Assembly (NCBI GenBank): GCA_965373045.1
Contig: CBDVEQ010000002.1
Coordinates: 1 to 38,254 of the forward strand
Length of the DNA: 38,254 nucleotides
Direction of reading: 5' to 3'
Source: an uncultured bacterium
Lineage (GTDB): Bacteria; Acidobacteriota; Aminicenantia; Aminicenantales; Aminicenantaceae
Positions 33,453-38,254 of the stretch are shown here, in pieces. The notes beneath the pieces were generated by a model. That model was not told the DNA's origin and searched no databases. It was given only the letters and a program-made list of their open reading frames with translations. Position 1 is the first letter of the stretch. Each line of letters begins with the position of its first letter. Both the position numbers and the translations under genes were made by a program.

Positions 33453-33507
33453 GACTTCAACGACTCCTATAGACCTCAAAAGACTTCTACAGACTTCGAT
33501 GGACTTT
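33453..33507 (+). repeat. Six helically phased GACYTC-type motifs
   Basis: GACTTC, GACTCC, GACCTC, GACTTC, GACTTC and GACTTT start at 33453, 33462, 33472, 33482, 33492 and 33502, giving spacings of 9, 10, 10, 10 and 10 nt. Confidence 0.7.
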
Positions 33508-33631
33508 TTTTCTTTGGGCCTCTTTTGCATTGGTTTTTGGCCTCTTATTCTTTCAAGTGCAGCCCCCTGTGAAGGCTGGACGAACAAAGAGGAGTGTGAT
33601 AACCTGAATAAAAAAATTGGAGGACAGTAAA

Positions 33632-34528
33632 TTGCCGGCAAAAATTATTGATGGAGAATTAGTAGCAAGCCGTATTAGAGATCAGATTGCGGAAGCGACT
33701 GAAAAAATGGCCAGGGAACAAGGATTCCGGCCCGGCCTGGCCACTATTCTAGTGGGAGAGAATCCCTCTTCACGCCAGTATGTACGTATGAAACAGAACA
33801 GGTGCAAAAACGTCGGGATTCTGTCCTTTGGCTATAACCTTCCTGAGGAGTCCGGGCAGGATGAGATTGAGGACCTGGTGCGAAAGCTTGGTGATGATCC
33901 AAAAATTCATGGTATTCTTGTTCAGCTTCCATTACCCGATCATTTAGATGAAGAGGCGGTGTTAAACGCAATTCCTTTGCATAAGGATGTCGATGGATTT
34001 CATCCCGTCAATATCGGCCGCCTGTCTATGAAAGGGCGCAAACCCCTCTTTGTGCCATGCACGCCTGCCGGAGTGATCCGCCTGTTAGAGGAAGCAGGGG
34101 CACAGTTTGAAGGAGCCGAGGCCGTGGTTTTGGGGAGGAGTAATATTGTGGGGTTACCGGCCGCAATGTTGCTTATTCACAGGAACGCGACCGTGACTGT
34201 GTGCCACAGCCGGACAAAGAACCTTCCAGCCGTATGCCGGCGCGCTGATATTCTGATCGCGGCGGTCGGACGGCCTTTGATGGTCAAGGCGGACTGGGTT
34301 AAACCAGGCGCTTTTGTGATTGATGTAGGCAGCAACCGGATCGACGACCCGCAATCTGAAAAGGGATACCGCTGGGTGGGTGACGTGGACTTTGATGAAG
34401 TAAAAGAAGTGGCCGCTGCTTTGTCTCCTTCTCCTGGCGGTGTAGGGCCGATGACAATTGCAGGATTGCTGCAAAATACTTTGTATGCGGCGCAACTTTT
34501 AGAGGAACATAAGAATTCAGGCGGCTAA
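33632..34528 (+). CDS. folD: Bifunctional 5,10-methylenetetrahydrofolate dehydrogenase/cyclohydrolase
   Basis: The ORF opens at 33617 (TTG). The TTG at 33632 follows GGAGGA by 7 nt and gives (M)PAKIIDGELVASRIR, the usual FolD start. Motifs YVRMK, ILVQLPLP, VLGRSNIVGLP and PGGVGPMT are present. Confidence 0.93.
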   Translation: MPAKIIDGELVASRIRDQIAEATEKMAREQGFRPGLATILVGENPSSRQYVRMKQNRCKNVGILSFGYNLPEESGQDEIEDLVRKLGDDPKIHGILVQLPLPDHLDEEAVLNAIPLHKDVDGFHPVNIGRLSMKGRKPLFVPCTPAGVIRLLEEAGAQFEGAEAVVLGRSNIVGLPAAMLLIHRNATVTVCHSRTKNLPAVCRRADILIAAVGRPLMVKADWVKPGAFVIDVGSNRIDDPQSEKGYRWVGDVDFDEVKEVAAALSPSPGGVGPMTIAGLLQNTLYAAQLLEEHKNSGG

Positions 34529-35982
34529 TGAAAAACGACTGCTTCGAAAATGAATATTTCAGAGTCCGTCTTCCAGGCATTCACTTGAAGACCGGCTTTG
34601 CGGCATACCTGACGCAAAAACATTTCTCTTGACCATCCGTTATCGACTGCGACCTGAGGAAGCAACAATCCTGACCTCCCATTTTTTAAGAGATAAAGCC
34701 CGTGTCGCCCGACATTGATCTTTTCTGGGTCGTGTATTTTTTCGAGAGGAGAAAGCACGGATATCTCGATCTCAAGGCTATTCAATTCCTGGGGGGTGAC
34801 AGGAAGAAATCTTGTATCCTGAAACGCCGCATAAAGGGCTGCCTGAACCACGGTTTGGTATAAAGGCCTGATCGGCTCGATAAACCCGATGCATCCACGA
34901 AGACGCCCATCCTTTTTTAAAGTAACAAAAGCGCCTTTTTTTGTGAGCAAGATAACATTAACCGGATTAAAGACGGGAATTTTCTGTTCTTTAAGAAATT
35001 GTGAGATGCAGACGCGTGCCATCCTGAGCAGCTCGTCTTTTTCATCTCGGGAGAGAGAGAAAGGCTGAATATGATTTTCTGTTATAAGAGCTGCTGCCAT
35101 ATAACCCACAACCCGGGCAGAACCGCTATGATCAGATGAATCTGTATAAGACAGCAATTTAATTTTTGGTTTTTTTTGTGTTTTCGCAAATAGAAGGATG
35201 GTGACAACAGGGGCTCCGCCGCACATGATATTTTCGCGGCGTTCCAGTTTTTTGATCAATTGGTCTGCTTGGAACGATTTAATAAGGGAAATTGTCCTGT
35301 TGTCTGTCTCATTTGCCTGGGCTTTGGAAAGAAAATGAGACATGTCGGTGGAAGCCAGGATCAAGACCTTCTTTCCGGACGTAACAGAGGCTAGGGCCTT
35401 GGCAAGCTTTTTTATTGTTTTTTGACTTGGGATTCCCATGATAACAGGAACGATCTTAGCCTCGGGAAGAGTTTTTTGAATAAAGGGGATCTGTACTTCT
35501 ACAGCATGTTCTTCCCTGTGGGCGGCGGGGATATATTGAAAGCCCGTTTTGTCTGACAGCTCCCGGGCGAGCTGTTCGTCGATTTTGACAACCCCCAGAG
35601 GAGTTTCGTACCCTCCTTTTATGTAGATGGAAGCGCCGTAAAACACATAACGGTGGCAGGGGGAAAGAATAATCACTGTGTCCACAGGCTTTCCTTGGAC
35701 CAATCGATACGCTTCTGCCGCAACCTGCCCTGAATAAACATATCCGGCATGTGGCGCGATCAGCGCCTTGATTTCCCCGGTGATTTTAGAGGCCTCTCCT
35801 GTATTCTTTAGAAAATAATCGATCTGATCCGAAAGGACCTTGGGATCCTTTGGATAAAACAGCCCTGCCCAAACAGGTTTTCTGATCCCCTGTGCGCAAA
35901 GTGTTGTGGCGGCCAGAAAGGAAAAGGCCGTAAAAAGGAAAACGCTTTTTTTCTTTTGAAAAAAAGATCTCAGAGTATGCAT
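34525..35982 (-). CDS. Fusion of a Memo-like (AmmeMemoRadiSam system protein B-type) domain and an AMMECR1 (protein A-type) domain, with an N-terminal signal-like segment
   Basis: 485 aa. The Memo-like motifs are IAPHAGYVYSG and STDMSHF. The AMMECR1 motif is LRGCIGFIEP. The N-terminus MHTLRSFFQKKKSVFLFTAFSFLAATTLCAQG looks like a signal peptide. Its stop overlaps the folD stop (CTAA, 34525-34528). Confidence 0.85.
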   Translation of the reverse strand: MHTLRSFFQKKKSVFLFTAFSFLAATTLCAQGIRKPVWAGLFYPKDPKVLSDQIDYFLKNTGEASKITGEIKALIAPHAGYVYSGQVAAEAYRLVQGKPVDTVIILSPCHRYVFYGASIYIKGGYETPLGVVKIDEQLARELSDKTGFQYIPAAHREEHAVEVQIPFIQKTLPEAKIVPVIMGIPSQKTIKKLAKALASVTSGKKVLILASTDMSHFLSKAQANETDNRTISLIKSFQADQLIKKLERRENIMCGGAPVVTILLFAKTQKKPKIKLLSYTDSSDHSGSARVVGYMAAALITENHIQPFSLSRDEKDELLRMARVCISQFLKEQKIPVFNPVNVILLTKKGAFVTLKKDGRLRGCIGFIEPIRPLYQTVVQAALYAAFQDTRFLPVTPQELNSLEIEISVLSPLEKIHDPEKINVGRHGLYLLKNGRSGLLLPQVAVDNGWSREMFLRQVCRKAGLQVNAWKTDSEIFIFEAVVFH

Positions 35983-36015
35983 TGGGAGAAAAGGAAAAGC
36001 CTGATAAAGGATGTG

Positions 36016-36038
36016 CCCCGCCCCGATGGGGTCAGGGG
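36016..36038 (-). terminator. G+C-rich hairpin between the small ORF and the Memo-AMMECR1 gene (possible terminator or attenuator)
   Basis: CCCCgCCCC-gat-GGGGtcaGGGG. On the minus strand it is followed by a U-rich but interrupted tract (CACAUCCUUUAUCAGGCUUUUCCUUUUC). The hairpin contains the small ORF's stop codon. Confidence 0.3.
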
Positions 36039-36169
36039 GTCTCTTCGGTATCTTTCTGAAAATCCGGGATCATGGAAACAACTTTCTCCTGCCCCAGATA
36101 GAACCCGATCAGGAACACAGAAGAAACAGCAGCAAGGGTAAGAAGCGATTTAATAATACTTTTCATCAT
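36032..36169 (-). CDS. Possible small single-TM membrane protein (~45 aa)
   Basis: Internal start of the 77-aa ORF: MMKSIIKSLLTLAAVSSVFLIGFYLGQEKVVSMIPDFQKDTEETP. GGAAGG lies just upstream. There is no recognisable family. Confidence 0.35.
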   Translation of the reverse strand: MMKSIIKSLLTLAAVSSVFLIGFYLGQEKVVSMIPDFQKDTEETP

Positions 36170-36182
36170 GACCTTCCAATTC

Positions 36183-36211
36183 AATTCTAGGACAAATATG
36201 GAAAAAAGTAA
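36183..36211 (-). promoter_or_regulatory. Candidate promoter for the minus-strand small ORF and Memo-AMMECR1 gene
   Basis: On the minus strand it reads TTTACT (36211..36206), a 17-nt spacer, then TAGAAT (36188..36183). This would give a very short leader. Confidence 0.3.
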
Positions 36212-36245
36212 ACCGTAAAAAAAAGCAATCTTGAAAACCTGCATG

Positions 36246-36274
36246 TTGACTATTCCGGGAGACATTTATATAAT
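36246..36274 (+). promoter_or_regulatory. Near-consensus sigma70 promoter driving the small ORF, lolB-like gene, ispE and tRNA-Gln
   Basis: TTGACT (36246-51), exactly 17 nt of spacer, then TATAAT (36269-74). It lies 47 nt upstream of the ATG at 36321. Confidence 0.65.
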
Positions 36275-36320
36275 TAAATTCGCATTAATTATCGTATCTG
36301 ATTTGTGTGATAAGGAAAAA

Positions 36321-36542
36321 ATGAACCTTGGTGCATATGGAATTTTATTTGTATTCGCAGCATTTATCCTGTTGCTTATCATCAACCCGAATATGTCCTG
36401 TTTTGGCAGGAAGGTGCGTTCTCCTCTGTATCCGCTGTTCCGCAAAAAAAAAGGGACAGAGAAAAAAACTGTTATAGAGGATTACGGGTTTTCTTTGGAA
36501 GAAGAAAAGATCGAACAGGCGCCCGAAGAAAAAGACAAATAA
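36321..36542 (+). CDS. Possible small membrane protein (73 aa)
   Basis: Starts downstream of the consensus promoter, whereas the ORF-track start at 36231 lies upstream of it. Sequence is MNLGAYGILFVFAAFILLLIINPNMSCFGRK..., one TM helix plus a charged tail, with AAGGAAAAAATG context. Confidence 0.45.
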   Translation: MNLGAYGILFVFAAFILLLIINPNMSCFGRKVRSPLYPLFRKKKGTEKKTVIEDYGFSLEEEKIEQAPEEKDK

Positions 36543-36650
36543 TCCGCAGGATCTTCCTGTTATATATAATCTGAATGGATGTAAGAATATTTGAGTGGAC
36601 TCAATCCGTTGAGAACCAGTAAAGACAAATCCCGCCTCCAAAGATTTTTA

Positions 36651-37325
36651 ATGTATGGAATCCTTGTATGCCTTTTTATCTTGGCGGGATGCGGCTCTTC
36701 AAATATACTTCTTTCTCCCCTTCCCGACAATATCAAAAGCATGGAAGGGTATGCGTCCATCAAGATTACCAGTAAAGATAGGACAGCTCGCTCAAAATTC
36801 ACTTTTTTATTCCGGCTTCCGGACCAGGGATGGATCGAGGTTTGCAATTTTTTAGGGACCACACTTTATCAGATTGTTATTGACGGGGAGGAAGCTTATT
36901 TTGTCATACCGTCAAAAAAAGCATATTGGCACGGACCGGAAGAGGAGATCATAGATGTGTTTCTAGGTTTCCAGCTCAGCTTGAATGATATTATCTCGCT
37001 TCTTTTCGGTCTCTGGGACCGGCCGGTTGTAACAATTGGGATTCGCCCGACAGATTCAGGATGGCGGCTTGATAAAGACGAAAAAGGGCGGATCGCCGCC
37101 GGCCGCAGGGAAAAATTTTCTTTTCGAGTTGAAAAATTTATAGAAAATACAGCCTTTGCACTGGTTCTGAATTTTAAACATCCGTACAGTCAAGGACAGA
37201 TCAGGGTTCTCAGAATGAACGTAAACTCTCCGATCAGGCCGGATCTTTTTGATAAAGCTTTTTTAAAACGATTTCAGCAGAAAACGTGGTTTGAAATCCA
37301 GGAAATGTTGAATGGAAACCGCTAA
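36651..37325 (+). CDS. LolB-like (DUF4292-type) outer-membrane lipoprotein
   Basis: The ORF opens at 36591. The ATG at 36651 gives MYGILVCLFILAGCGSS (lipobox). It sits immediately upstream of ispE and overlaps it by 14 nt, mirroring the lolB-ispE synteny of Proteobacteria. The function call rests on synteny and size. Confidence 0.6.
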   Translation: MYGILVCLFILAGCGSSNILLSPLPDNIKSMEGYASIKITSKDRTARSKFTFLFRLPDQGWIEVCNFLGTTLYQIVIDGEEAYFVIPSKKAYWHGPEEEIIDVFLGFQLSLNDIISLLFGLWDRPVVTIGIRPTDSGWRLDKDEKGRIAAGRREKFSFRVEKFIENTAFALVLNFKHPYSQGQIRVLRMNVNSPIRPDLFDKAFLKRFQQKTWFEIQEMLNGNR

Positions 37326-38199
37326 ACAGCTAAACGTACACAAAACCAAATCTTTTGCTAAGATCAACCTCGGGATCGAAGTCTTGCGAAAGAGGAAGGA
37401 TGGATATCATGAGATCAGGACCCTTTTTCAGACGATAGATTTTTATGACCGCCTCGAGTTTCTTCCTTTGAAGGGGAAAAGTATCCAGCTTGAAGGGGAT
37501 GATCCTCGCATTCCCTGGAATAAAGATAACCTCATTTACAAAGCAGCCAGTGTTCTTCAAGAAACGTCTGGAATATCCGCGGGAGTGGAGATCCGCGTAA
37601 GGAAAAGGATTCCGCCTGGTAAAGGATTGGGTGGTGGTAGCAGCAATGCTGCTGTCACTCTATATGTGCTGAATCAGATCTGGGGCTTGTCTCTGGAAAA
37701 AAAGCAGCTCCAGGAGATCGGCGGCCGGCTGGGTGCAGACATCCCTTTTTTCCTGGAGGGAGGGACGTGCCTCGGCCTTGGAAAAGGAGAGAAGATCATT
37801 CCTTTGTCGGATTTGGAAAAATTTCACTGCCTTTTGGTCCTTCCGGATTTTCCCGTTCCCACTGCGGATGTCTATAAACGGATTGTCTTGACTTTACAGG
37901 AGAAAGAAAGTAAAATTATCGAGTTTTTAAACAGCCATGAATTTCGCCTGTTGGAAAATAATTTAGAAGAGACGGTTTTTAGCTTATATCCTCAATTAAA
38001 AAGCATTAAGAGCCATATATCAGAACGGGATTCCATATTGACTTTGGTTAGTGGCACAGGCTCTGCTGTTTACGGGCTTTTTTCGGAGAAGGATAAAGCA
38101 GAGCATGCTTTAGGAGGATTGGACAACAACCTTTCTTCGCTTCTTGTTGAAACGCTTTCACGGGACAGATATTGGTGCGGCGTAATGAATGGGGTGTAG
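37312..38199 (+). CDS. ispE: 4-diphosphocytidyl-2-C-methyl-D-erythritol kinase
   Basis: 295 aa with AKINLGIEVLRKRKDGYHEIRTLFQTIDFYD and the GHMP-kinase ATP motif PPGKGLGGGSSNAA. Confidence 0.93.
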   Translation: METAKQLNVHKTKSFAKINLGIEVLRKRKDGYHEIRTLFQTIDFYDRLEFLPLKGKSIQLEGDDPRIPWNKDNLIYKAASVLQETSGISAGVEIRVRKRIPPGKGLGGGSSNAAVTLYVLNQIWGLSLEKKQLQEIGGRLGADIPFFLEGGTCLGLGKGEKIIPLSDLEKFHCLLVLPDFPVPTADVYKRIVLTLQEKESKIIEFLNSHEFRLLENNLEETVFSLYPQLKSIKSHISERDSILTLVSGTGSAVYGLFSEKDKAEHALGGLDNNLSSLLVETLSRDRYWCGVMNGV

Positions 38200-38254
38200 C
38201 CAAGCGGTAAGGCAGCGGACTTTGGATCCGCCATTCGGAGGTTCGAATCCTCCC
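38190..38254 (+). tRNA. tRNA-Gln (anticodon TTG), 3' acceptor arm cut by the window end
   Basis: TGGGGTG-TA-GCCAAGCGGTAAGGCA-G-CGGA-CTTTGGA-TCCG-CCATTC-GGAGGTTCGAATCCTCC-C. The D arm, anticodon stem-loop (CT-TTG-GA) and T arm (GGTTCGAATCC) are all canonical. It overlaps the last 10 nt of ispE. Confidence 0.88.

Noticed and set aside
33453-33507. Possible CRISPR-like or tandem array
   Set aside because: The period is ~10 nt with no spacer-sized unique segments and no cas genes. It is a short phased low-complexity repeat, not a CRISPR array.
16113-33616. Idea that the inverted repeat units at ~16.2-16.8 kb and ~33.3 kb flank an invertible or composite-transposon-like 16.5-kb segment containing oriC
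   Set aside because: The shared modules (A, then C) occur in the same left-to-right order in both spacers instead of mirrored. They are only ~30 nt each. A third partner (unit B) sits at 21.9 kb. No transposase or recombinase gene is present. This looks like a dispersed REP-like family rather than terminal inverted repeats.
33414-33641. 75-aa minus-strand ORF in the fmdB-like/folD spacer
   Set aside because: It is a translation of the phased GACYTC and other repeat modules. It overlaps the folD SD and start on the opposite strand and has no motif.
1-38254. Search for defence systems, toxin-antitoxin pairs, prophage or IS remnants, CRISPR arrays, and rRNA or other tRNA genes
   Set aside because: Every ORF above 100 aa that is not a shadow ORF could be assigned to a housekeeping, envelope or catabolic family, or to the lipoprotein/OMP operon. 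I saw no nuclease, ATPase, integrase or transposase candidates, no repeat-spacer arrays, and no tRNA-like cloverleaf apart from tRNA-Gln at the right edge.

Overview
This 38.3-kb window is tightly packed, moderately AT-rich chromosome from a diderm, anaerobe-type bacterium. The diderm call rests on LPS-heptose, Omp85-type and LolB-like genes; the anaerobe call rests on Rnf plus Etf. The window includes the dnaA-dnaN origin region. Gene order, left to right: etfA (partial, open at the left edge, not in the ORF track) and etfB; fabF-acpP-fabG-plsX-rpmF-yceD (all minus); polA; a double-GNAT-like gene; rnfCDGEAB extended by an rseC-like gene and a Tat-signal NusG-domain-II gene; a 676-bp gene-free, repeat-rich spacer with a G+C-rich structured core; a minus-strand MFS / Gfo-Idh-MocA / TIM-barrel-DUF1080 sugar operon; apbE; dnaN; dnaA with a DnaA-box trio; a minus-strand operon of two lipoproteins and a 982-aa Omp85-like protein; rpmB; fmdB-like-waaF-gmhB-rel (minus, two ATGA overlaps); a second repeat-rich spacer; folD; a Memo-AMMECR1 fusion; two small membrane ORFs; lolB-like-ispE; and a partial tRNA-Gln. 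I found no transposase, integrase, CRISPR array or recognisable defence, toxin or phage genes, so most of the window is core genome. The items most worth a second look are: (1) the Omp85-barrel protein whose periplasmic part looks like a gluzincin peptidase plus PD40 propeller, co-operonic with two lipoproteins; (2) a ~160-nt nested stem-loop element in the 676-bp spacer; (3) a family of short dispersed repeats, and a CCTGRATTATTCA motif, at gene 3' ends; (4) the Tat-signal NusG-II protein that closes the rnf operon, with apbE separated from it by the sugar operon. All functional calls come from reading motifs by eye. No database search was run.
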